Notes under the pieces: model-generated | Told to the model about the DNA's origin: nothing | The model's database searches: none | Seen by the model: only the letters and a program-made list of their open reading frames with translations | Shown: piece by piece, positions 30,393 through 38,590 of the stretch | Position numbering within the stretch: the stretch's first letter is position 1 | How the letters are laid out: each line of letters begins with the position of its first letter | Virus record (IMG/VR): IMGVR_UViG_3300028833_000068 | Coordinates: 96,001 to 160,000 of that record | Source: a virus | Taxonomy: Duplodnaviria > Caudoviricetes | DNA: 64,000 nt | Strand: one strand, 5' to 3' | Program-made: the position numbers and the translations under genes

Positions 30393-30643
30393 ATACAGTC
30401 GAAAATACATATAATAAAATAGGTAATACCATTGATTATATATTTGGTGGAGGAACTAAAGAACAAGGCGGAAACCTCGCAAGCGCAGATGGAAAACCAA
30501 CAACACTAGAAATGTATGGAATGAAAGCAAGACAATACCATTTAATGAGAAATGAATGGAAAAAAGACTTGCAATATACAAAACCATTAATAGAATCAGA
30601 ATATATGGTTCAAACTGAATTTAAAATAAACGGTGGAAAATAA
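30389..30643 (+). CDS. Hypothetical protein, shares a repeat with the next gene
   Basis: 84 aa, ATGA overlap. Confidence 0.65.
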   Translation: MNTVENTYNKIGNTIDYIFGGGTKEQGGNLASADGKPTTLEMYGMKARQYHLMRNEWKKDLQYTKPLIESEYMVQTEFKINGGK

Positions 30644-30695
30644 TAAAAGAACTATTTATAATAGAATAATAAAATATTAAATTTTATATAAGATT

Positions 30696-31115
30696 ATGGG
30701 AAAACAGACATGTTTAGAGAAAGCAGGAATCAATGAACGTCATAACGAAATTGTACGTTCAGATTATAATATCGAAGACCAGTATTCAAGTGCTCATAAA
30801 GATGCTATTTCTGACGATGAAGCTCAAGGCAAAGGACATCCTACTATAAAAGGTCACACACACTGGCTACCAAACTGTAATGGAACTGCAAGTAATATGA
30901 TTAAATATGACAACTTTGCAACAAGCCCAAGTGACCAGATAGGCGGTTTATATGACCGTAAGGGCAGAGCTGGAATTCCTGGACGTGAGGAACAAATGGC
31001 ACGTTCAATTTACAATTATGAAGAGTCTTATGGCCCTACTTCAGTTGATACCACAGCCAATGTGAATGACGGTCAGTACTTCGTGGGTCAGCAGATTGGC
31101 CAAGAAAACGCTTAA
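30696..31115 (+). CDS. Hypothetical (probably virion) protein
   Basis: 139 aa; TATTTATA upstream. Confidence 0.75.
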   Translation: MGKQTCLEKAGINERHNEIVRSDYNIEDQYSSAHKDAISDDEAQGKGHPTIKGHTHWLPNCNGTASNMIKYDNFATSPSDQIGGLYDRKGRAGIPGREEQMARSIYNYEESYGPTSVDTTANVNDGQYFVGQQIGQENA

Positions 31116-31119
31116 AAAA

Positions 31120-31150
31120 TTTGGAATTCTCCAGATTTTCTATATCTTTG
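31120..31150 (+). promoter_or_regulatory. Bacteroidota sigma-A-type promoter
   Basis: TTTG ... TATCTTTG. Confidence 0.7.
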
Positions 31151-31151
31151 C

Positions 31152-31250
31152 ATAAATCTTTTATATTATACAAACTACAAAAATATTGAAGAAGACAATA
31201 TAAAAACTTTTAAAGATAAAGAGAAATTAATAAAAAGTATAATTACATAA
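31152..31250 (+). pseudogene. Relic C-terminus of a homing endonuclease
   Basis: Start-less frame INLLYYTNYKNIEEDNIKTFKDKEKLIKSIIT* resembles the tails of the window's endonucleases. Confidence 0.55.
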
Positions 31251-31254
31251 TGTT

Positions 31255-31536
31255 ATGGGATTTTACGACAGCAATAGATTAGCAAATTTGGCAAGAAACA
31301 TACTATTTGGTATGGATGTTGTCAGTAAAAGATGTGACAAAATTTATGAGTCTGCAAAAGATAAGAAGCTTGAAGATGTTAATTTTGACATGAGTGAAGA
31401 GGCGAAGAGAAGGGCAATTAATGAAAATAAGAGGTTCTTCTCAGACCAAAATGTTCAAAGAAGATTAAAGCTACTTCAAGATATTATAGTTGATGATACA
31501 CACCTTAATAAATTAAGAGCATTATACGGACAATAA
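31255..31536 (+). CDS. Hypothetical protein
   Basis: 93 aa ORF. Confidence 0.7.
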   Translation: MGFYDSNRLANLARNILFGMDVVSKRCDKIYESAKDKKLEDVNFDMSEEAKRRAINENKRFFSDQNVQRRLKLLQDIIVDDTHLNKLRALYGQ

Positions 31537-31538
31537 TA

Positions 31539-32270
31539 ATGAAGAAAATACTTTTACGAGATAGAATAAAACCTTTCTTGAACGAAGAAATCGATAGTGA
31601 TAGCGTATTACAATCGATTCGCAATAAGAATAAAGTTAGGATACGCTATGATGATGGTATGGAGGACAATGGCGGTAACTCCAAGGGTAGCCGTGTCATC
31701 ATGCCTATGGCTATTGGTACAACTAAGAAAGGGTATCCAGTAGTAAGAGCATGGCAAGAAGGTGGTGGCTCTCGTAGAGGTATACCAAAGTGGAAATTCT
31801 TCAGATTAGATCGTATTACATCTTGGCAACCATTAAGGAATAAAAAGTTCTTCCAAGCCCCAGATGGCTATAACCCAAATGGGGATAAAACAATGGGAAC
31901 ATTTGTTGATAATGCAAAGTTTAATGATTTTATTAGCCCATTAGAGAGGGAGAAAATGCGTTATCAAAATGATGTTAAGTTTGGCCAGCAAAAGAACAAC
32001 CCCCAAGGACCTATTCAACAACCAAGAGTTACACAACAATGGAAGAAGAATGTTTATACTTCTCAGCCAAACAGTAAGAAGTATGCTGACATAAGGAAAA
32101 ATATTGATGCAACGCCAAAAAAAGACGATGATTTTTGGAAGTTGTTTGACCTTAATGATGCTGAACAAACAATGGCGCAGAATCCGCAAGGACCAATTAA
32201 TAATAATAGTTATGATTCAGATGAAGTAGACTTCAATGAAGACGAATTTTTAAACAATAACAGAAGATAG
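31539..32270 (+). CDS. Stand-alone WYL-domain protein with low-complexity Q/N/P tail
   Basis: IRNKNKVRIRY..R.I.P..G....VRAWQ..WKFFRLDRI. Confidence 0.8.
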   Translation: MKKILLRDRIKPFLNEEIDSDSVLQSIRNKNKVRIRYDDGMEDNGGNSKGSRVIMPMAIGTTKKGYPVVRAWQEGGGSRRGIPKWKFFRLDRITSWQPLRNKKFFQAPDGYNPNGDKTMGTFVDNAKFNDFISPLEREKMRYQNDVKFGQQKNNPQGPIQQPRVTQQWKKNVYTSQPNSKKYADIRKNIDATPKKDDDFWKLFDLNDAEQTMAQNPQGPINNNSYDSDEVDFNEDEFLNNNRR

Positions 32271-32271
32271 T

Positions 32272-32970
32272 ATGGCAAATAATAACGTAAATAGAGAGTC
32301 TGTCGTAAAAAACGCAATGTCTAGGGCTGCAAAACTAATGCAGTTGGAATCAAATGGAACACTTGATAAAATAGCTAAAGACCCAAACTTTAAGGCAAAT
32401 ATCAATAATTCACTTGAGAATGGTGAGATAATGACGAAAGACTTAATGACAACTGCAAGGAATAGAAAGACTGAAGCCCCAATGATTACAAGGGAAATGG
32501 GAGAAAATGCAAGCAATGTTCCAGCAGCAATCAGAGAAGCCTTTATGAATAACCCAATTGATGAGTCTAGCTTATACGGTGCATTTGGCGGAGGTGGAGA
32601 TGGTAGTTTAGATTTCTTAAATGAGGTAACAATGCCACAACAGCAGCCACAAATTACACAACCAACACAAGATGTTAGACAAATTGTGAATGAAGGAATG
32701 GGTGGACACACACAAATGCAGTATACTCCTTCAGCACAGATTGACTATCCAATGATTAGAACAATTGTTGAAGAGATTGTAAGAAAGTATGCTGTATCTC
32801 TTAAGAAGAACATACTTTCGGAGGGAAAACAAGAGCCAATGAGTCAAGTGAATACGATTGCATTGGGAGAAACTTTTAAATTTCTAACAAAAAACGGGGA
32901 TATATATGAGTGCACCATGAAGAAAGTATCAAATATTAATGGTATGAAAAAGAAAAAAGGCATCAACTAA
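32272..32970 (+). CDS. Hypothetical protein (possible head/scaffold-associated)
   Basis: 232 aa; VRQIVNE, IRTIVEE, ILSE tag-like motifs. Confidence 0.7.
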   Translation: MANNNVNRESVVKNAMSRAAKLMQLESNGTLDKIAKDPNFKANINNSLENGEIMTKDLMTTARNRKTEAPMITREMGENASNVPAAIREAFMNNPIDESSLYGAFGGGGDGSLDFLNEVTMPQQQPQITQPTQDVRQIVNEGMGGHTQMQYTPSAQIDYPMIRTIVEEIVRKYAVSLKKNILSEGKQEPMSQVNTIALGETFKFLTKNGDIYECTMKKVSNINGMKKKKGIN

Positions 32971-32982
32971 TGCCTTTTTTTT
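32954..32982 (+). terminator. Intrinsic terminator
   Basis: AAAAAGGCAT..ATGCCTTTTTTTT. Confidence 0.7.
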
Positions 32983-33001
32983 GTTAAAATAGTTTAAATA
33001 T

Positions 33002-33033
33002 TTTGGATAATCCATATATATTTAGTATATTTG
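33002..33033 (+). promoter_or_regulatory. Bacteroidota sigma-A-type promoter
   Basis: TTTG ... TATATTTG. Confidence 0.75.
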
Positions 33034-33037
33034 CAAT

Positions 33038-33271
33038 ATGAATAAGATAAATTGGTTTTGGAAATGTGAATTCCTTGACAAGGATGGAAAGTCAGTTTGG
33101 AAGATGCTTTCAGCGTCAACGCATCTTGGGGCAAAGAAACGTGCCTATGAGGTTGCATTCAACAGCAATGGGGAATTAGACCCCAAATATGAGACAATTA
33201 GGGAAGCAACAAAGAAAGAGGTTGCAGAGTTTAAGAAGATGCTTAAAGATAGGATAAAGAAAAAAAGTTAG
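33038..33271 (+). CDS. Hypothetical early protein
   Basis: 77 aa directly after the promoter. Confidence 0.7.
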   Translation: MNKINWFWKCEFLDKDGKSVWKMLSASTHLGAKKRAYEVAFNSNGELDPKYETIREATKKEVAEFKKMLKDRIKKKS

Positions 33272-33277
33272 AAAATA

Positions 33278-33309
33278 TTTGGTTTTATCAGGAATTTTTT
33301 ATATCTTTG
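33278..33309 (+). promoter_or_regulatory. Bacteroidota sigma-A-type promoter
   Basis: TTTG ... TATCTTTG. Confidence 0.75.
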
Positions 33310-33326
33310 CAAAAACATTTTAGACT

Positions 33327-33758
33327 ATGGTTAAAATATATGTTGCAGCTTATAAAAATTTCAATGATTACAAGACCTTAAAGAAAGTATATGACTATTT
33401 CTTAAGCAAGCAAGATAAAGAAAATATCTTATTCTATGCCACTACTGGGGAGCGTGGCGATAACCTCTGTATGAAATATATACGAGAAAATGGCTATAAC
33501 TATGTTGATTGGCTTCCAAATAAATGGAATAAGAATAGAGCAAAGGAAAAAGAACCATTTATTAGGGATTCTGACCATGTTATATTAATAACAGATGGAA
33601 ATAGCAAGGGAATTGGTGTTGCCTTTAATTATGCAGCGAAATATATCCAAGGAAAAATAGTTCAAGTCAGAATGCAATGTGGCGATTTGTTGGTGTTTAC
33701 AAAAGAAAGATTTGAAAATAATGAAGAGCCAATTAAAATATTATTAAACAAATTTTAA
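33327..33758 (+). CDS. SLOG superfamily (YspA/DUF2493-like) protein, divergent
   Basis: KIYVAAYKNFNDY, GERGD, DHVILITDGNSKG. Confidence 0.6.
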   Translation: MVKIYVAAYKNFNDYKTLKKVYDYFLSKQDKENILFYATTGERGDNLCMKYIRENGYNYVDWLPNKWNKNRAKEKEPFIRDSDHVILITDGNSKGIGVAFNYAAKYIQGKIVQVRMQCGDLLVFTKERFENNEEPIKILLNKF

Positions 33759-33770
33759 AATAATAAACGC

Positions 33771-33998
33771 ATGGAAGAAAATTTTGATAGAGAGTATTAT
33801 ATTGCTGCAATCTGTGATAAGTTTGGCTGTGATGATGATGTAGATGTTGAAGCTTATTTTAAAGCTGTAGATGAAGCGATTGACAAAACATTACAGTCAT
33901 ATACCAAAAATGGAAAACCCTTAGTCGAAGACTGGGATATGTTCGACCAAGAGTTATATACAAATGCTTCTAAAGAATTAGAAAAACTATATGATTAG
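33771..33998 (+). CDS. Small acidic hypothetical protein
   Basis: 75 aa ORF. Confidence 0.65.
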   Translation: MEENFDREYYIAAICDKFGCDDDVDVEAYFKAVDEAIDKTLQSYTKNGKPLVEDWDMFDQELYTNASKELEKLYD

Positions 33999-35917
33999 AA
34001 ACCAGAATTGGAGTATGCGTTAACAAGACATAATAAGTTGCTAGAATTCTGTTCTGGCAACTTTTCTTCTAATGCATCAATTACTATCTTCAAAGTTGCG
34101 CCACTATTGATGTCCTCATCAAAAATCAAAAACTTTGCATTCTTGAATCTATTCATCAATTCCCCATTTGACATATATTCGTCAGCAATGATGTAAAGAT
34201 TCGATAAGAAAGGGCGAAACATCTTTTTAAAGCTAGTTATCTTGAATTTCTTTATATTGAATCTAAGTTTATAACCATTATTCTTCAAAATATCAGAATA
34301 TTTCAATACTAAATTCATTGTTTCCATTAGTAATGAATTAAAAACCTTTATTCCTATTTTTGTCTTAATTCTAAATACCACCTCATTAAATATTCTTTTT
34401 GAATCATACTGTTTTGAGTATAACTTTTTCTTTTCTTTTAAGAAATTTTTTACTAAGTGTGAAGATACGTTGTCACCATCATTCATGTTTTCAAGAATAG
34501 TATTATAGGCATAAATCATGACACAATCAAAAACTTCATTTAAAGAAAACTTTTCTCTACTACTTCTCTCAATGGATATAGTACCAAAAACATTTTCATT
34601 ATTATAAATAAATTTACGAATAGGTTCAGACACCATATAGCCAATTTCATTGTATGCTATGTTTTTAGCTTGGCTTTCAAACTCAAGTACATCCTTTGGT
34701 GAAAATCCCTTTGACAATAAATCTTGACCATCTGCATATCTTACATTAATAACATTTCTCTTAAAGAAATCATTAATATACCTAATACCTAACTTATTTG
34801 ATAAGTTTCTACAGTAATATTCATTAAAGCTAGAAGATGATGGGGCAGAAACTATAAAATCTGGGCTAAAGTTCTCTTTCCTTAATGCGTATGCAGCATA
34901 ATTAACAGATTTATCCAAGAACTGAGCAACACTAGAATATGCTCCACCGCCATTTAATCCATATTGTTGTTTGAAGTGTCCATCTTTAACGCCATTTAAT
35001 GAAAAGTTTTGAGCAACATTTGGCTGTATTGTTTTATCATACATTATATCCAAAGTTTTAAGATTTCCATTCTGGTCAACTTCCCTATCCTTTTCACCAA
35101 TACCTAAAATGTCATCAGTATTTCCATTTTGTCTCACTGTTCCATGCTTAATTGCATCACTAAAATTGAAATCAGTCATAGAGAATAAAGATATATACTT
35201 TACATTGGTATTTGGAACAATACCAGTGATGTATCTTGCGACATCTTTGTTCATAGATTTATTGCATAAATCAATAATTTTATCGTTTGGAAGAGATGTA
35301 ACCCATTTATTAATTGTTACTCTTGTAGCTTGGTCTAAATTATCAGGCAAAACAAGTTCTCCAATACGACCGCCTTTAACCCAATCAATGACCATTTTAT
35401 ATACATTATCAGAATTTGAAATTCTATTACGAGTCATTGATAGTCTATTATAATCAGATTCTATTCTTGTTATAGATTTCTTGCATAAATCTATAACCCT
35501 ATTATCTGAAAATCTAGATGATAACCACCTATTTATTGCTGTTTCTGTAACCTTATCCAAACCTTCTGGTAACTTACACTCACCAACTCTGCCCCCATTA
35601 ATCCAATTAATTACTGTTTTATATGCATTAATTGCAGCACTTTTCGAATTATAATCTTGTTCCAATGATTTGGAAGTGCCAAGAGGTTTACCTGTTTTTG
35701 ATAACATCTTACCATGCAAAATATCATCCTTTGTGCCAAATACACGAGTATCGACACTATTTGTACCCTTATTGGAGTTATTATCCTTATTTTGATTTAT
35801 AGACATACTTATCTTACCATCATCAGTCTTAGACCAATCTACACCCTCTAATGATAGTATCTTTGACTCATTTATATAAACCCTTTTTGGATTATTTATC
35901 TTTGTATATAATATCAT
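33995..35917 (-). CDS. Large type-I phosphoribosyltransferase-like protein with tag and duplicated helical module
   Basis: DFIVSAPSSS..N, FLIFDEDINSGATL PRPP-binding loop; KRVYINESK N-terminus. Confidence 0.75.
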   Translation of the reverse strand: MILYTKINNPKRVYINESKILSLEGVDWSKTDDGKISMSINQNKDNNSNKGTNSVDTRVFGTKDDILHGKMLSKTGKPLGTSKSLEQDYNSKSAAINAYKTVINWINGGRVGECKLPEGLDKVTETAINRWLSSRFSDNRVIDLCKKSITRIESDYNRLSMTRNRISNSDNVYKMVIDWVKGGRIGELVLPDNLDQATRVTINKWVTSLPNDKIIDLCNKSMNKDVARYITGIVPNTNVKYISLFSMTDFNFSDAIKHGTVRQNGNTDDILGIGEKDREVDQNGNLKTLDIMYDKTIQPNVAQNFSLNGVKDGHFKQQYGLNGGGAYSSVAQFLDKSVNYAAYALRKENFSPDFIVSAPSSSSFNEYYCRNLSNKLGIRYINDFFKRNVINVRYADGQDLLSKGFSPKDVLEFESQAKNIAYNEIGYMVSEPIRKFIYNNENVFGTISIERSSREKFSLNEVFDCVMIYAYNTILENMNDGDNVSSHLVKNFLKEKKKLYSKQYDSKRIFNEVVFRIKTKIGIKVFNSLLMETMNLVLKYSDILKNNGYKLRFNIKKFKITSFKKMFRPFLSNLYIIADEYMSNGELMNRFKNAKFLIFDEDINSGATLKIVIDALEEKLPEQNSSNLLCLVNAYSNSGF

Positions 35918-35922
35918 ATAAC

Positions 35923-36987
35923 TTATTTATTTCCAAATTTATGGCGATATTGGGTTTGATTGTTATTAAGCCAACTTTTCATTTTTTGGTCGCCTTCATA
36001 TCTGCCATTGTTATTTATTACCTTTACATGGAAAAGAGATTCCATATCACCTTTCATCAAAGTTTTTCCATTTTTATCAACTACTTTAACACCTTCAAAA
36101 TATTCTAAATCCTCAATATTATTACTATTATATTGTAAATATTGTTCTTTTTCATTATCTGTCATTGGTAATAAAAGCAAAAAGTTATGAGCTGAATTAG
36201 CATTAAATATTACTTCATTCTTTTCACCAAAAGCAGACCAAGCGTTAAATCCATTTGCTTGGAATATTACACCACACCATTCTTCATCATAATCTTTTAT
36301 TTGCTGTACTATACCATACCAATTATCATCATCGTCTAATTGACATGAAAAACACAACCCACTACTAGATAATTCTTTGGCTACTTCTATATCTTGTGTT
36401 GCTCTAAAATTTAAGTCAGTAATACAACTTTTAAACCCTTCTTTCATTATTTTGTAACCAACATCTTGTGTTGTAATATGTATTAGCCAAGAATTTTTGT
36501 TCAAACCTATTTTCCCCTTTACTGGATTGAACAAATCTTTTTGCAAATATCTATGAGTTTGTTTAGCTAAATCAGAAGGACTATCTGTTGTCCCTAAACT
36601 TCTCATAGCGTTGCTTGTCATCGTATCTAAATACTCATTGATGGTTTCTGTTATTAGCTTACTTATGTTAATAAAACTCTCGTTTTTTTCCCATTCATAA
36701 TCTTTATTATCCCTCTCACCATTGTAGGTATAGTAATCACCCTCTCTCGCTTGTTTTAAAGCCCTCTGAGGCATTTTCATTCCTATCTTCTTGTCATACT
36801 CCACAGCTTTATTAAAATGTCTTGTAATGGCTGTAATTAGACTTGAGTCATAACCAACCTTGCCGCCAATACGCTTCAAGTTATAACCAAGTTTAACTGC
36901 CATGTAACTAATGGTTTTAGGGTTAAACTTATAACATTGTCCCTCAGTTCGGAATCTTTTTATTATTTCGTTTACTGTTAATAACAT
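35923..36987 (-). CDS. Modular protein: small N-domain, internal tag, putative ART-fold C-domain
   Basis: ISKLITETINEYL; WLIHIT..IMKEGF..GLCFS..EKNEVIF. Confidence 0.55.
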   Translation of the reverse strand: MLLTVNEIIKRFRTEGQCYKFNPKTISYMAVKLGYNLKRIGGKVGYDSSLITAITRHFNKAVEYDKKIGMKMPQRALKQAREGDYYTYNGERDNKDYEWEKNESFINISKLITETINEYLDTMTSNAMRSLGTTDSPSDLAKQTHRYLQKDLFNPVKGKIGLNKNSWLIHITTQDVGYKIMKEGFKSCITDLNFRATQDIEVAKELSSSGLCFSCQLDDDDNWYGIVQQIKDYDEEWCGVIFQANGFNAWSAFGEKNEVIFNANSAHNFLLLLPMTDNEKEQYLQYNSNNIEDLEYFEGVKVVDKNGKTLMKGDMESLFHVKVINNNGRYEGDQKMKSWLNNNQTQYRHKFGNK

Positions 36988-37018
36988 TTTGTTTTATTTT
37001 TTTTGTTTTATTTTTTTA

Positions 37019-37036
37019 ATAAATATCGATATTTAT
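37019..37036. promoter_or_regulatory. Palindromic bidirectional late motif ATAAATATCGATATTTAT
   Basis: Perfect 18-bp palindrome between divergent tag-bearing genes. Confidence 0.65.
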
Positions 37037-37055
37037 TATAAAATATATATATATT

Positions 37056-37346
37056 ATGGATAGAAAATTAATCAGATTAACAGAAGCAGACCTCCATAGA
37101 ATTGTAAAAGAATCAGTGAATAGGATATTAAAGGAAGGTTATGTTGACGATACAATAGAAACTTATGGAAATCCACCATATACAGCCTCTTTCAAATATG
37201 AAGGTGATTGGACTCCTTGTAATAACCCTAATGATTTGGAAGATTATATGATTGATGTCGAGAATCACTATAACTCTACTATGGGAGAATGCGGAAGAGC
37301 AACAATATATAATAGCGATGGGGAAGATATATGGAGTCTTGGATGA
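37056..37346 (+). CDS. Small tag-bearing protein
   Basis: MDRKLIRLTEADLHRIVKESVNRILKE leader plus acidic domain. Confidence 0.8.
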   Translation: MDRKLIRLTEADLHRIVKESVNRILKEGYVDDTIETYGNPPYTASFKYEGDWTPCNNPNDLEDYMIDVENHYNSTMGECGRATIYNSDGEDIWSLG

Positions 37347-37382
37347 AAATAATAAAAGTAAAGAAAAAAATTTAATTTTAAT

Positions 37383-38138
37383 ATGAGTATAATAAATGAA
37401 TGGTCTCCGTTTCCTAAAAATAAGGATTGGAGAAAGAAAGGACAAGAAAAACCAAAGACTACCCCTAATCCAAACCCACATGATGATAAAAAAGGTTGGG
37501 GAACAAAGACTAATAAGGAAAAAGAAGACGATTGGTATCAAAACGAATCTAGAAATATGAATGAAGATAAATGGAAAGATGCATATAGAACATCTGATGG
37601 TAAAATTATACAGTACAGTAGACCATATCAAGGCAGTAAAAATAAAAACTTTAGAACAATAAATGCACCACAACCAAAACCAAGTAATGCATATAATGAT
37701 TTTGACGAAGGATGGAGAGATGAATATGCTGACAAAAATGGTAAAACTATTGCTCAATCAAGGATAAACCCAACAACCAAGAAAAGAGAATTTAGAATCC
37801 CAAAGAATGAGTCTGTTGTACCTAAGAAACTTATAAGATTAACAGAATCAGACCTTCATAGAATCATTAAAGAGTCTGTAAATAGAATTCTTAACGAAGA
37901 TTGGGCTGATGACCTTTGTCAAAAAATGAAAGGCGCACTTGGAACAGTCGGAAATCCATACCCACAAGGAAAATCTGAATTTGCTGTCCCTAGTATGGAT
38001 GAATTAACGCCAGAGGAACTTGAATTTGTGAGCAAAGCTGTAAATGGTATGGGAAGATGGGGTCGTCTTTGCATAGTCAGAGACGCAAGACGTAGTGGCA
38101 TGCCATTGGGAGAATATTTAATTCATAGAAAAGGGTAA
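37383..38138 (+). CDS. Tag-bearing modular protein
   Basis: Internal KKLIRLTESDLHRIIKESVNRILNE; duplicated W.D.Y....GK.I..SR module. Confidence 0.8.
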   Translation: MSIINEWSPFPKNKDWRKKGQEKPKTTPNPNPHDDKKGWGTKTNKEKEDDWYQNESRNMNEDKWKDAYRTSDGKIIQYSRPYQGSKNKNFRTINAPQPKPSNAYNDFDEGWRDEYADKNGKTIAQSRINPTTKKREFRIPKNESVVPKKLIRLTESDLHRIIKESVNRILNEDWADDLCQKMKGALGTVGNPYPQGKSEFAVPSMDELTPEELEFVSKAVNGMGRWGRLCIVRDARRSGMPLGEYLIHRKG

Positions 38139-38163
38139 TCTTAAACGGTTACTCTTTTTTTTT
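38128..38163 (+). terminator. Intrinsic terminator
   Basis: AAAAGGGTAA..TTACTCTTTTTTT. Confidence 0.65.
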
Positions 38164-38170
38164 ATTTTTA

Positions 38171-38202
38171 TTTGCTTTTTTAACTTTTTTTATATATCTT
38201 TG
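38171..38202 (+). promoter_or_regulatory. Bacteroidota sigma-A-type promoter upstream of the polymerase unit
   Basis: TTTG ... TATCTTTG. Confidence 0.75.
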
Positions 38203-38218
38203 CAAAAATTAATTTTTT

Positions 38219-38500
38219 ATGCAGTACAAAATTTTAAGAGGACATAACTTAAAAGAAGGCAGAGGAATGGATTACATTCCAGAGGAAGGAGTCCTATGTT
38301 GGGGAATGGATACCAATGAATTGTTCATTGGAGATGGAAGAACAATGGTTAAAAACCTAAAAGGTATAGGCAACATCTGCAAAGCCCCAAATGGCAGATT
38401 ATACGCTGTAGATGTAGATAACTTTGGGCATGCAACAGTGAAACCATTGATGAGCAAATTAAACGGAATACAAAAAACAGTCGATTTTTACGCAGAATGA
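38219..38500 (+). CDS. Small protein resembling the Mtd/hyaluronidase N-terminal (fibre beta-prism) domain
   Basis: EGVLCWGMDTNELFIGDG motif. Confidence 0.55.
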   Translation: MQYKILRGHNLKEGRGMDYIPEEGVLCWGMDTNELFIGDGRTMVKNLKGIGNICKAPNGRLYAVDVDNFGHATVKPLMSKLNGIQKTVDFYAE

Positions 38501-38590
38501 TTTTTTATAGGAAATATATTAAGAACTGATGACATCTTGGTATGTCTTAAGGTTTAACAAAAATAACAATACCTAACAATTTAAACTTTT

